Shown here piece after piece: positions 34,001 to 42,394 of a stretch of 64,000 nt of DNA. The stretch is from an uncultured Candidatus Saccharibacteria bacterium. GTDB taxonomy: Bacteria > Patescibacteriota > Minisyncoccia > Phycocordibacterales > JACOZG01. The DNA lies in the NCBI GenBank assembly GCA_964591715.1, contig CAZQDR010000001.1, forward strand, positions 1,487 through 65,486. The letters run 5' to 3'. Within the stretch, counting starts at the first letter, position 1. Each line of letters begins with the position of its first letter. Below the pieces are notes generated by a model, which did no database searches, was not told the origin of the DNA, and saw only the letters and a program-made list of their open reading frames with translations. The translations under genes were made by a program, and so were the position numbers.

Positions 34001-34705
34001 TCACCAGTGCAGGGGGATGCGATCGTGACACCAGGGCATCAGCCAGTGAGAGGTGCCGAGAGACGAAGTGGGCCTGAACCAGTAGGGTCGAGCGGCACTA
34101 TCGCTCTGGGGACGACGCCAGACACAGGCAATGAAACTGCCGTCCGACTCGCGAAGCAGAACGCCTTTGACAGCATTGACCGGCTCGTGCAGGTGGCGCG
34201 TCTCTTTGCGAAAGCGCAGAACGGCGACCCACTCCTTGGCCGATAACCAATGACCAGCCTGCTCGGCGCAACGCTGATTAAACTGCGGCAACTCCTTGAT
34301 CGTGTGAGCAATCTCAACCCCGACCAAAAGATGCGGCTGGGGAGACGGCGGGAAGAGCGGCGTCTGGGGAAAGGATGCGGCCAGCGAGTCATCGATAACA
34401 CCGCCGAACTCGGCCAACTGATCTGGCAACGACAAGATGCTGGTCGGGAAGACGAAGAGACAACGATGGTTATAGGTCTCACCATCTTTCTCGCTCAAGT
34501 GGGCGCAGAACCGGTGGAGCACTTCACGAACAATCTGATCTTTGCTCCGATACAAAGACCGCAAATCCTTACTACCGCCACTGGAATCGCCGCGCTGCAT
34601 CCGACAACTCCACTGACTGCAGAGTTGATGCTCCAAAGAGCCTGAGCGGGGCGCCGGACAAACTGTCGCCGTAGTCGCAATGGGTGCGGATGTGACTGCC
34701 GTCAT
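34001..34705 (-). CDS. hypothetical Cys/His/Trp-rich protein (234 aa) in a GC-rich islet; own promoter, strong SD and terminator
   Basis: ATG 34705 preceded by AAGGAGAT 7 nt upstream; sigma70 promoter upstream; no recognisable domain (..HLHEPVNA.., ..WLMPWCHDRIPLHW); local GC visibly above neighbours. Confidence 0.5.
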   Translation of the reverse strand: MTAVTSAPIATTATVCPAPRSGSLEHQLCSQWSCRMQRGDSSGGSKDLRSLYRSKDQIVREVLHRFCAHLSEKDGETYNHRCLFVFPTSILSLPDQLAEFGGVIDDSLAASFPQTPLFPPSPQPHLLVGVEIAHTIKELPQFNQRCAEQAGHWLSAKEWVAVLRFRKETRHLHEPVNAVKGVLLRESDGSFIACVWRRPQSDSAARPYWFRPTSSLGTSHWLMPWCHDRIPLHW

Positions 34706-34774
34706 GCATCATCTCCTTATTTGCATGATCAAAAGACCTTGGTCGAACCTAAACAAATAGGTTAAACACCAGGT

Positions 34775-34803
34775 TTTTTTATAGCATTATTTACCTTTTC
34801 GTT
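34775..34803 (-). promoter_or_regulatory. sigma70-type promoter for the 234-aa gene (TTGAAC-17-TATAAA on minus strand)
   Basis: + strand gttcaa at 34798-34803 and tttata at 34775-34780; overlaps the 3' end of the transketolase C gene. Confidence 0.5.
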
Positions 34804-35812
34804 CAATCGCTCGCGCTACCGCACTTTTGATTGCTGGCACGCTAATTCCGTAGTGTTTTAAAAGTTCGTTGGGTTCGCCAGACTGACCAAACTGATCATC
34901 AACACCTATAAATTCGATCGGCACCGGCTGATGTTCGGCCAGATATTCCGCTACCGCACTACCCATCCCGCCTTTGCGCTGATGTTCCTCAACTGTCACA
35001 ATCGCGCCCGCCGTTTGCGCCAAATATGTAAGGGCGTCGCCATCGAGTGGCTTAATCGTATGTAAATTTAAAACTGACACATCAATTCCCTCGCCCGCTA
35101 AATCATCCGCGGCCTGCAAGGCCTGATAAAGAACGGGGCCGCAGGCAATAATCGCGGCGCGCGGCTTCGCCGCTTGCCGCAGTAAATTAGCCTTACCCAC
35201 AATAAATGGCGACTCATCCGTCGTTACTACTGGCGTCTTCTCGCGAGCCAAACGCAAATAAGCTGGACCCACTAAGCGGGCCAAGTGATGCGTCGCCTTG
35301 CGCGCCTCAATGTGATCACAGGGCACCACGACCGTCATGCGGGGAATAATGCGCATCAGGGCAATATCCTCGATTGCCTGGTGCGTGCCGCCGTCGGGAC
35401 CAACCGAAACACCCGCGTGCGAGCCGACAACTTTAACATTTTGGTTGTTATAACAAATTGTTGTCCGGATTTGCTCCCAGTTGCGACCCGGACTGAACAT
35501 GGCGTACGAAGTAATAAATGGAATTTTACCCATCGCGGCCATGCCAGCCGCAACGGCGGCTAAGTTTTGCTCGGCAATCCCGATCTCAATAAAGCGATGC
35601 GGGAAGCGCTTAGCAAAGTCGAGCATCTTGGTCGACTCCACCAAATCGGCGCAGAGCCCAACAATGCGTGGATCCTCCTCACCCGCCTTAGCCAAACCCT
35701 CCCCGAAACCATTGCGGACCGGTACCTCCTCCACCGCTTCCTTAAATAACTTTGGATTTAATTTTTGTGATTCAACGAGCATATTATTCGTGTTCGGATT
35801 TAATTTTACCAC
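34787..35812 (-). CDS. tkt: transketolase, C-terminal section (pyrimidine-binding and C-terminal domains) of a split transketolase
   Basis: 341 aa; ...GIAEQNLAAVAAGMA..., ...GPDGGTHQAIEDIALMR... Pyr domain motifs. Confidence 0.85.
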   Translation of the reverse strand: MVKLNPNTNNMLVESQKLNPKLFKEAVEEVPVRNGFGEGLAKAGEEDPRIVGLCADLVESTKMLDFAKRFPHRFIEIGIAEQNLAAVAAGMAAMGKIPFITSYAMFSPGRNWEQIRTTICYNNQNVKVVGSHAGVSVGPDGGTHQAIEDIALMRIIPRMTVVVPCDHIEARKATHHLARLVGPAYLRLAREKTPVVTTDESPFIVGKANLLRQAAKPRAAIIACGPVLYQALQAADDLAGEGIDVSVLNLHTIKPLDGDALTYLAQTAGAIVTVEEHQRKGGMGSAVAEYLAEHQPVPIEFIGVDDQFGQSGEPNELLKHYGISVPAIKSAVARAIERKGK

Positions 35813-36647
35813 CGAGCGTGCGCAGCTCGTTTAGTGCCATTGCCCCCTCCTCTTTGTTGGGCGGTTTGCCGTGCCACTCATACTTGCGCTCAAACTCGCT
35901 TACGCCCTTGCCGGGAATCGTGTGCGCAATAATACACGACGGCCGATTGAAGACGGCTTTAGCCTGCTCGACCGCTCCAACGATGGCCTCAAAGTTGTGC
36001 CCATCAATCTCAATGACGTGCCAATTAAAGGCGCGGAACTTATCAGCTAGCGGCTCAAGTGGCAGCACATCCTCGGTAAAACCGTCAATTTGGATATTGT
36101 TGCGGTCAACAAAAGTAATCAGATTATGAATCTGCCCGCGGCCGGCCAACATTACGGCCTCCCAGATCTCGCCGCAATCCAACTCGCCGTCACCGGTTAA
36201 ACAATAAAAGAAGCGGTCCGACGACCGGCCGCGGTCCAGCCTATCCGCCAGAGCCATCCCGAGCGCCTGTGATAAACCGGAACCAAGCGGGCCGGAACTC
36301 GTTTCCAACCCCGGCAACCATTCCCGATGGGGATGACCTTGCAGGCGAGAACCGAATTTACGGAGAGTCTTTAGTTCTTCTACTGGAAAGTAACCCGCAT
36401 GCGCCATTGTGGCATAAAGAACGGGCGCAATATGGCCATTGGAGAGAACGACGCGATCCCGCTCCTCCCAAGCCGGATTTTTAGGATCGTGTTTTAAAAG
36501 ATGAAAATAAAGAGCGGTAAAAACATCGGCCATGCCCAAGGGGCCAGCCGTATGACCCGAGCCCGCCGCCAAGAGCATCTCAATAATTGAGCGACGAACA
36601 TCATTGGCTTTTTGTTCTAAAAATTTTACTTTATCGTCAAATAGCAT
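35784..36647 (-). CDS. tkt: transketolase, N-terminal section (thiamine-diphosphate-binding) of a split transketolase
   Basis: ...AAGSGHTAGPLGMADV..., ...GDGELDCGEIWEAVMLAGR... TPP-binding motifs; start moved to ATG 36647 (MLFDDKVKFLEQKANDVRRS...) to avoid a 71-nt overlap with rpe. Confidence 0.8.
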   Translation of the reverse strand: MLFDDKVKFLEQKANDVRRSIIEMLLAAGSGHTAGPLGMADVFTALYFHLLKHDPKNPAWEERDRVVLSNGHIAPVLYATMAHAGYFPVEELKTLRKFGSRLQGHPHREWLPGLETSSGPLGSGLSQALGMALADRLDRGRSSDRFFYCLTGDGELDCGEIWEAVMLAGRGQIHNLITFVDRNNIQIDGFTEDVLPLEPLADKFRAFNWHVIEIDGHNFEAIVGAVEQAKAVFNRPSCIIAHTIPGKGVSEFERKYEWHGKPPNKEEGAMALNELRTLGGKIKSEHE

Positions 36648-37269
36648 TTTGAAATTGTTTAATGGTGCCGGCAATGTCGCCACTATTCCAAATCGCGGAA
36701 CCAACAACTAAATGCGTCGCTCCAGCCTTAACTAACGCGGCCGCATTACTTAAGGTTACACCGCCATCTACCGCTATTGTAGCATGAGGCAATTTTGCTC
36801 GTACAGTGCGGACGCGCTCAATCACCCGCTCGTCAAACGGCTGACCATGAAAGCCGATGCGCTCAATCCCCATTAATTGAACGTGGTTTAGCTTAGGCCA
36901 AAGTGACTCCAGAGGCTCAAGTGGCGTATCCATGAGCAAGGCCAAACCGAATTTAGAAACGGAATTTTCGAACTGTTGCAAAATTGCCTCCAATTGATTG
37001 GTTGACTCATAATGCACCAGTACACGGTCAGCCACGCGCTGCCACTCCATAATCTCCAGCTCGGGACTCTCAATCATTAAGTGTGCCTCTAGCTTTGCCG
37101 TGCCAGGTAAATCAGCCAGGTCAGCCGGATTGTCCCAGCTAAAGTTGGGCGCGAAACGGCCGTCGATGACGTCCAGTTGTACCCACGAGACTAACCCCTC
37201 CACCGAAGCGATTTTGGCGTTAACCTCTTTAAATTCTTGGCCAATAATGGCGGGGACAATTTCAACCAT
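36637..37269 (-). CDS. rpe: ribulose-phosphate 3-epimerase
   Basis: ...VQLDVIDGRFAPNFSW..., ...AHLMIESPE..., ...IAVDGGV... Rpe motifs. Confidence 0.85.
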   Translation of the reverse strand: MVEIVPAIIGQEFKEVNAKIASVEGLVSWVQLDVIDGRFAPNFSWDNPADLADLPGTAKLEAHLMIESPELEIMEWQRVADRVLVHYESTNQLEAILQQFENSVSKFGLALLMDTPLEPLESLWPKLNHVQLMGIERIGFHGQPFDERVIERVRTVRAKLPHATIAVDGGVTLSNAAALVKAGATHLVVGSAIWNSGDIAGTIKQFQNAI

Positions 37270-37271
37270 AA

Positions 37272-37739
37272 TTAAAATTCGTTTTCGACTGGCACCAAGT
37301 CATCAATTTTAGCAATCCGGCGCGCATGACGCGCCTCACCACTAAACTTGGTCTCGAGCCAGCGAGTAATAACTTCGCGCGCTTCAATCTCGGAGACGAA
37401 GCGCGCGCCGAGCGACAAAATGTTGGCGTCGTTATGCTCGCGCGAAAGCGGAACAATCTCCGGCTGACCACCGTAGTAAACTGCGGCGCGCACGTGCGGA
37501 TAACGATTCGCCACCATTGCCTCACCCTGGCCCGAGCCGCCAAAAATTAAACCCCGATCCTCATTCGGGCTCGAGGAAATTTGTTTGGCCACCATGCGAA
37601 TATAATCTGGGTAATCGTCGTCAGCACTTAACTCAAATGCACCCTCATCGTGGACATCGTAGTTAAGCTCCTTGAGCCAGGCCTTCACCTTCTCCTTCAA
37701 TTCAAACCCAGCATGATCGGTAGCTAAAAAAATTCTCAT
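37272..37739 (-). CDS. rpiB: ribose-5-phosphate isomerase B
   Basis: MRIFLATDHAGFELKEKVKAWL... RpiB/LacAB family, 155 aa. Confidence 0.85.
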   Translation of the reverse strand: MRIFLATDHAGFELKEKVKAWLKELNYDVHDEGAFELSADDDYPDYIRMVAKQISSSPNEDRGLIFGGSGQGEAMVANRYPHVRAAVYYGGQPEIVPLSREHNDANILSLGARFVSEIEAREVITRWLETKFSGEARHARRIAKIDDLVPVENEF

Positions 37740-37742
37740 GAT

Positions 37743-38774
37743 CTATAGATGAGTCCCCGTTTTAATGACGTGATTAACGAGAGTGTTAGTATACCCCATC
37801 TCGTTGTCGTACCAGGCCAACACCTTAACCAAGTTGCCACCCACCACTTTGGTAAATTCCAAATCCGCGATCGAGGCATAGGGACTGGAAGCAATATCCG
37901 ACGAAACGAGCGACTCTTCAGAAGCGGCAAAAATCCCCGCCCAACGTGGATTGGCAGCGGCCTGCTTCAAAATTCCGTTCACCTCCTCAATCGTAGTATT
38001 GCGCTTAGCAATAAAAGTAATATCGGAAATGGAACCGGTAATTACCGGCACCCGCAAAGCAATGCCATCAAACTTATCCTTCAAATCGGTAATTACCTCG
38101 GTGACGGAAATGGCAGCCCCAGTGGTGGACGGAATAATGTTGTGCGCGGCTGCCCGACCACGACGGTAATCCTTAGCATCCGGTGAATCAACTAAGCGCT
38201 GAGTCGCCGTGTAAGCATGGACGGTGGAAAGCATCGCCTTCTCGATCCCGATCGTCTCGTGCAAAATTTGAATCACTGGCGAAGAAGCGTTGGTGGTGCA
38301 GGAGGCGTTGGAGGAAATTTGGCAGCGCTCCAGTTCGTGATCATTAATCCCCATCAGGACCGTGCCGCCGACAATCCCCGGAACTGGCTCCCCTTTGACC
38401 GGCGCGGAAATTACTACTTTGCGCGCCCCAGCATCAATGTGACCTTTGGCCTTCTCATACGTTTCAAACAAACCGGTTGACTCCACTACCACATCCACCC
38501 CGAGCGCGCCCCAAGGCAGTTTAGCCGGCTCCTTCTCCTGCACAATTTTAATTTCTTGCCCCTCTACCACCAGCGCGCCCTCCTTAACCTCAATATTTAA
38601 ACCCGACGGGCCATAAGCACTGTCATATTTTAAAAGATAAGCCAGGTTTTTTAAGTCACCCAAATCATTAGCCGCGACGATCTGAATCTCGGGACGTTTA
38701 ATGGCAATTTTAAGAAACGCTCGGCCAATACGACCCAAACCGTTGATACCAACTTTAATTTTTTGTGTAGACAT
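37743..38774 (-). CDS. gap: glyceraldehyde-3-phosphate dehydrogenase
   Basis: KVGINGLGRIGRAFLK Rossmann N-terminus; ...SNASCTTNA... catalytic Cys region. Confidence 0.9.
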   Translation of the reverse strand: MSTQKIKVGINGLGRIGRAFLKIAIKRPEIQIVAANDLGDLKNLAYLLKYDSAYGPSGLNIEVKEGALVVEGQEIKIVQEKEPAKLPWGALGVDVVVESTGLFETYEKAKGHIDAGARKVVISAPVKGEPVPGIVGGTVLMGINDHELERCQISSNASCTTNASSPVIQILHETIGIEKAMLSTVHAYTATQRLVDSPDAKDYRRGRAAAHNIIPSTTGAAISVTEVITDLKDKFDGIALRVPVITGSISDITFIAKRNTTIEEVNGILKQAAANPRWAGIFAASEESLVSSDIASSPYASIADLEFTKVVGGNLVKVLAWYDNEMGYTNTLVNHVIKTGTHL

Positions 38775-38780
38775 GCAAAT

Positions 38781-38786
38781 AGTATA
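38781..38786 (-). promoter_or_regulatory. -10 box TATACT 6 nt upstream of gap ATG (leaderless-type)
   Basis: minus-strand ...ggtTATACTatttgATG. Confidence 0.4.
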
Positions 38787-38805
38787 ACCTATTTACATTT
38801 ACAGG

Positions 38806-39309
38806 TTAACCTTTTTGTTCCGGCAAATCGCGAGTGACCGAGAAGATAACCTGGAGTGGTTGGCCGTCAGCACCAAGAATTGGTTCGTCTCCACCCAAAC
38901 TAAAACGACCGTCACCATTGTCATCGTAAAGGACTCCATAATAGCGCTCACCCTCGCGAGTTGGCGTGGAGAGATCCACCTCGCCCACATGAACATTAGG
39001 GCCAAAATAGCCGGCCCCAACAAAGTCACCTGGCGTGCCAGCATTATCCCTGCGAATCACCACCCAACCCCCGTTTGGCAAAGTCACATCCGAGATAAAA
39101 ATTATTTGCCCGGGAAACTGATCGTTAACCGTTAGACGGGCACCAGCGTTATTCTCGGGTTCGGTCGAAGTGGAGTTTGGATTGACTGTCCCCACCGCGG
39201 CTGGACCCTGCGCCCCATCATTATTTAAAAGCCACCAACCCGCTAAAAGCGCCACAACCGCCAGCACGATTGCCCCAATTAACACTTTTTTGCTGTTTTG
39301 GTTTTCCAT
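38806..39309 (-). CDS. hypothetical secreted/membrane-anchored protein (167 aa)
   Basis: Start at ATG 39309 (MENQNSKKVLIGAIVLAVVALLAGWWLL...); signal-anchor then Gly/Asp-rich beta-like region. Confidence 0.5.
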   Translation of the reverse strand: MENQNSKKVLIGAIVLAVVALLAGWWLLNNDGAQGPAAVGTVNPNSTSTEPENNAGARLTVNDQFPGQIIFISDVTLPNGGWVVIRRDNAGTPGDFVGAGYFGPNVHVGEVDLSTPTREGERYYGVLYDDNGDGRFSLGGDEPILGADGQPLQVIFSVTRDLPEQKG

Positions 39310-39360
39310 AGTTTGAGTATAGCACAACCATTATACAACTGCCGAGATGAACGAAAGATG

Positions 39361-39387
39361 AAAAAACCCGCACCACTGTGGTGCGGG
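39361..39387 (-). terminator. rho-independent terminator (minus strand) after the 63-aa gene
   Basis: cccgcacca(39367-39375)/tggtgcggg(39379-39387); A6 on + (39361-39366) gives a T-run on minus. Confidence 0.6.
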
Positions 39388-39422
39388 CCGGCCGCGGGTA
39401 GGGCTTACGCCGCCGCCGAATT

Positions 39423-39614
39423 CTAAAAGCGCCGACACCGAAAAAGATCGGTCGGCGTCGGCCGAAGCTGTCGGTCTTTGGCTCGCTTGGCGATGTCGAC
39501 TTCGACCTGTTGCGCCATCTCAACCTTCACTTCCTTCAGCTTCCGAGATCGCGCTGGGGTCATTTTGGCGGGCCGGATGATCTTGCGTTTAGAGCTCTTA
39601 ATCCTTTTGGCCAT
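39423..39614 (-). CDS. hypothetical small basic protein (63 aa, pI very high), SD-led
   Basis: GGGAGG 6 nt upstream of ATG; own promoter and terminator; MAKRIKSSKRKIIRPAKMTPARSRKLKEV...; possible nucleic-acid-binding protein. Confidence 0.55.
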   Translation of the reverse strand: MAKRIKSSKRKIIRPAKMTPARSRKLKEVKVEMAQQVEVDIAKRAKDRQLRPTPTDLFRCRRF

Positions 39615-39666
39615 CGCGTCCTCCCTTCATTGAAGTTAATCATCGCAAACGAACCGGTCCATTTTT

Positions 39667-39732
39667 AGTCTATGCCCCTTGCGAAATATTGCAAGGCTGG
39701 GCTTGTTGACGAATTGCTCGGGCCGACTATAG
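39667..39732. promoter_or_regulatory. divergent promoter region with 20-bp palindrome CCTTGCgaaatattGCAAGG overlapping the minus-strand -35
   Basis: Minus: TTGCAA(39689-39694)-16-TAGACT(39667-39672). Plus: TTGACG(39705-39710)-16-TATAGT(39727-39732). Palindrome at 39678-39697. Confidence 0.45.
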
Positions 39733-39757
39733 TAGGAGCAGAAAGGAGAAAGCCCGC

Positions 39758-40120
39758 ATGTACTTCGAGATCTTTATCCCCGAAAACCAGGTGGTAAGAG
39801 CCCTGCAGTCCAGTGATGGCGAGGAAGCAGATAAGGCGCTTGATGATTACCGCTGTCAGTGCGAAGACGAGGCAGACTTGGAGGCCAAGCTCTACGCCGA
39901 CATCCCCGGTTCGGCCAATCGCGCCAATATCAAGTGCGCTATCCGGATGGCTCGCGTCTATGCCAAAGTCCCCCGCTTGAAGGCCGAAGCACTGGAAGAG
40001 CTCGAGAGCGTCCGGCTCGCCGCCTCGCAAAGTGATGGCACCCAAGATCTGCTGCGCGTCATTAACCGCATGATCTTCCGGCTCACGCAGCCCAAACAAT
40101 GGTGGCAGTTCTGGCGATAG
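39758..40120 (+). CDS. hypothetical acidic protein (120 aa), SD-led
   Basis: AAAGGAG 9 nt upstream of ATG; followed by terminator; no recognisable domain. Confidence 0.55.
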   Translation: MYFEIFIPENQVVRALQSSDGEEADKALDDYRCQCEDEADLEAKLYADIPGSANRANIKCAIRMARVYAKVPRLKAEALEELESVRLAASQSDGTQDLLRVINRMIFRLTQPKQWWQFWR

Positions 40121-40135
40121 CCGACCGCCCCACCC

Positions 40136-40160
40136 AGACCTCCTCGGAGGTCTTTTTTCT
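40136..40160 (+). terminator. rho-independent terminator
   Basis: agacctc/gaggtct 7-bp stem, loop ctcg, then TTTTTT. Confidence 0.65.
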
Positions 40161-40211
40161 TGCCCACCTCGTTCTTAACTTTATTGGAGCAAAATGCTAG
40201 AGTAACGGCAC

Positions 40212-40298
40212 TGGAGAGGTGCGAGAGCGGTTTAATCGGCAGTCCTGGAAAGACTGTGTATCGGCAACGGTACCGAGGGTTCGAATCCCTCCCTCTCC
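40212..40298 (+). tRNA. tRNA-Ser (anticodon GGA), type II with long variable arm; CCA not encoded
   Basis: GGAGAGG...CCTCTCC acceptor stem, G73 discriminator; anticodon stem CAGTC/GACTG with loop CT-GGA-AA; long variable arm; T loop TTCGAAT. Confidence 0.85.
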
Positions 40299-40339
40299 GC
40301 ATGACGGTTTGACGACTACCATCGAAGTATCAGAGGGGG

Positions 40340-40837
40340 TTAAACTTTTACTTTCTTATTTATTTCTTCCTCGGCGCGGCTGGCTAAATCAAGAAAATCG
40401 TTTATGTCATTGATACTCATTTCTCTTGGTTTGGTATCCTTGATGCAAAAAACGCCTACCGGTAAGTTGGTTTCGTAATCATACAAGGATTTGCCACTAT
40501 AAAATCGAATGAACGGCGCGCCTTTAACCATGGGATTATCCGCAAAGAAAGGGTCAAGCAAAGTGTCATTTATAATTAGAATTATTTGGAACATTAAAGC
40601 ATGGCCGCAAAACGAAATATCTCTTGGCCCTTCTCTCGCGGTGAGACCTTGAACTGACTTAAACCACTCGCGATCTTTGTCTACCAGGGTGATGGTGGAG
40701 ATAGGAACCGAAAATCTTTCAATAGCTTCCCTGGTAAGTCGATCAAATCTTTCTTCGGATTCCGTATCCAGGAGATGTAGCCCTTCGAGCGCGCAAACGC
40801 GAGCTTTATCATTAGTGGGAATTGGTGCTTTTTGCAT
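40340..40837 (-). CDS. stand-alone GAF domain protein
   Basis: 165 aa; ...ARVCALEGLHLLDTESEERFDRLTREAIERFSVPISTITLVDKDREWFKSVQGL...FCGHAL... matches the GAF fold consensus; no output domain. Confidence 0.7.
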   Translation of the reverse strand: MQKAPIPTNDKARVCALEGLHLLDTESEERFDRLTREAIERFSVPISTITLVDKDREWFKSVQGLTAREGPRDISFCGHALMFQIILIINDTLLDPFFADNPMVKGAPFIRFYSGKSLYDYETNLPVGVFCIKDTKPREMSINDINDFLDLASRAEEEINKKVKV

Positions 40838-41037
40838 ACGTATAACGTTAAAATAATAATCTTAGGTGACAGCCGCAGAGGAAAACAAAAAAAGGGCACT
40901 AAAAAGTCCCTCGAGCGTAAAAGCTATTTGTTTTTTGTCTTCTAGGTAAATACTCATAGAAAACTCAATCGGGATCATCGCTAACCCTAATGAGCTTCAT
41001 GAGCTTCGCTTTTTTATTATATCAAATAATACCCAAT

Positions 41038-41505
41038 TTAAACAACAACTTCTATCCCGACAAAGAATAGAATTCCTCCGTTAATATCAAAAATTGGGGA
41101 GACGAGCAGTTCCACATCATAGGTTTGGCCCGATTTGCTTTTATTCGTTATTTTTAACTTAATGGACTTTTTCTCCTCCAGCATCTTAACCCACATCTCC
41201 TGATAAAATTCCTTTGACATCTGTCCTCCCCATAATTCTGAGGGCTTTTTCCCGATTGCTTCGTGAGCAGAGTAACCAGTAGCTATTTCAACCGCTTTAT
41301 TAATAAATAAAATAATCCCATTGTTGTCGGTAATAATCACCTGCTCAATCATCTGCTCAAAAATCCGGTTAAGCGTTCCGCAGCGGGCACATTTAATTTC
41401 TACACCATAAAAATTATCTGGTTTTGCCAAAACCTTCCGACATTTTGTGCATCTAATTTTTTTGGATTCAGCTAAAGGCTCCGTTTCTAATTTATTTTCA
41501 TTCAT
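41038..41505 (-). CDS. zinc-ribbon plus PAS domain protein (no output domain)
   Basis: N-terminal CTKC...CARC zinc ribbon; PAS-like core MIEQVIITDNNGIILFINKAVEIATGYSAHEAIGKKPSELWGG. Confidence 0.65.
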   Translation of the reverse strand: MNENKLETEPLAESKKIRCTKCRKVLAKPDNFYGVEIKCARCGTLNRIFEQMIEQVIITDNNGIILFINKAVEIATGYSAHEAIGKKPSELWGGQMSKEFYQEMWVKMLEEKKSIKLKITNKSKSGQTYDVELLVSPIFDINGGILFFVGIEVVV

Positions 41506-41520
41506 ATTAAATCACCAGCA

Positions 41521-42390
41521 CTAAGCGGCGGAGATCAACCCTTCCTCATCCTTGAGATTAAAGGCCACCACGCATAACAAGAGAATCGTTGGCAAAAAGT
41601 TAAGCCCAATAAATGGAGTCAATGCTCCCAGTAAAAAGCGAAGCAGGATAGGGAGAGTGGCGGCATGGATGGCGATTCGATAAGCCTCCCAGTACGAGAG
41701 CTTAATCTGCTTAAGCCAACCGACTAGCATTACCAATAGCGCCACAATAAAGAGAACAAGTAAGTAGAGCGAGAAGGCAACAATTAAACCCACCAACACC
41801 GCAATCACCGCCACTGGCGCCAAGACAGTCAAAAAGGGCGCGAGTTTGGTAATCCAGTCTCGAATAAAGGTTTGATTGATTGTTAGATCGGTTTTAATAT
41901 TCGCCAAAGGTTCAATCGCAATGCGGTCATTCTCGCGGTAGTAAACTAAACTGTTTTTGGTAAGCCAGGCTGGGGTTTTGTAAGCCTCAAATTGTTTTAA
42001 ATCAAATTCGTGCGTCGTATCTATCACGAGCAAATTTTCTAAGTCACCCAGTTTGACTTGGTCGCTTTCCATTATCTCCTCGCGCCACTTCTCGGGCAGT
42101 GGGATCTTGTATGGCTCGGTGACGTTGGTGCTTAACTCGCCACTGCGCAAACGCAACTCAAGCTCCGCCGGATACCAGTTGGCTAGTTCGCCTTTAACAA
42201 TCTGCGTAAATAGCGTCAGGAGAGGCACAAAAATAATCGCAAAGATGATCGTCAAAATCACCGAGAGCGTTAGCGTAAAACGATAATAGTAACCGAGCGA
42301 TTTTTTGGTTGACTCGGAGCGCACCACTCGATAATAAATCGGATTATAAATACTGTTTCGGATTTCGGTTAAAAGTTTCATGATACTCAT
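41521..42390 (-). CDS. DUF1189-like polytopic membrane protein
   Basis: 289 aa; N-terminus ...IRNSIYNPIYYRVVRSESTKKSLGYYYRFTLTLSVIL resembles DUF1189 (MNIFKQxYKSxYSPK...FRFQGIGKT...); several TM helices. Confidence 0.5.
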   Translation of the reverse strand: MSIMKLLTEIRNSIYNPIYYRVVRSESTKKSLGYYYRFTLTLSVILTIIFAIIFVPLLTLFTQIVKGELANWYPAELELRLRSGELSTNVTEPYKIPLPEKWREEIMESDQVKLGDLENLLVIDTTHEFDLKQFEAYKTPAWLTKNSLVYYRENDRIAIEPLANIKTDLTINQTFIRDWITKLAPFLTVLAPVAVIAVLVGLIVAFSLYLLVLFIVALLVMLVGWLKQIKLSYWEAYRIAIHAATLPILLRFLLGALTPFIGLNFLPTILLLCVVAFNLKDEEGLISAA

Positions 42391-42394
42391 AATA

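Noticed and set aside
33965-34645. + strand ORFs 33965..34246 and 34250..34645 inside the GC-rich islet
   Set aside because: The first starts inside the bidirectional terminator hairpin and neither has an SD. The minus-strand 234-aa ORF has a promoter, an SD and a terminator. These are kept only as an alternative.
39665-40099. 144-aa minus-strand ORF
   Set aside because: It is antisense to the SD-led 120-aa + gene, which has its own promoter and terminator, and it has no start context.
40985-41037. gagcttcatgagcttc near the PAS gene stop as a terminator hairpin
   Set aside because: The two gagcttc copies are direct repeats, not inverted, so no stem can form. The T-run alone is not a terminator.
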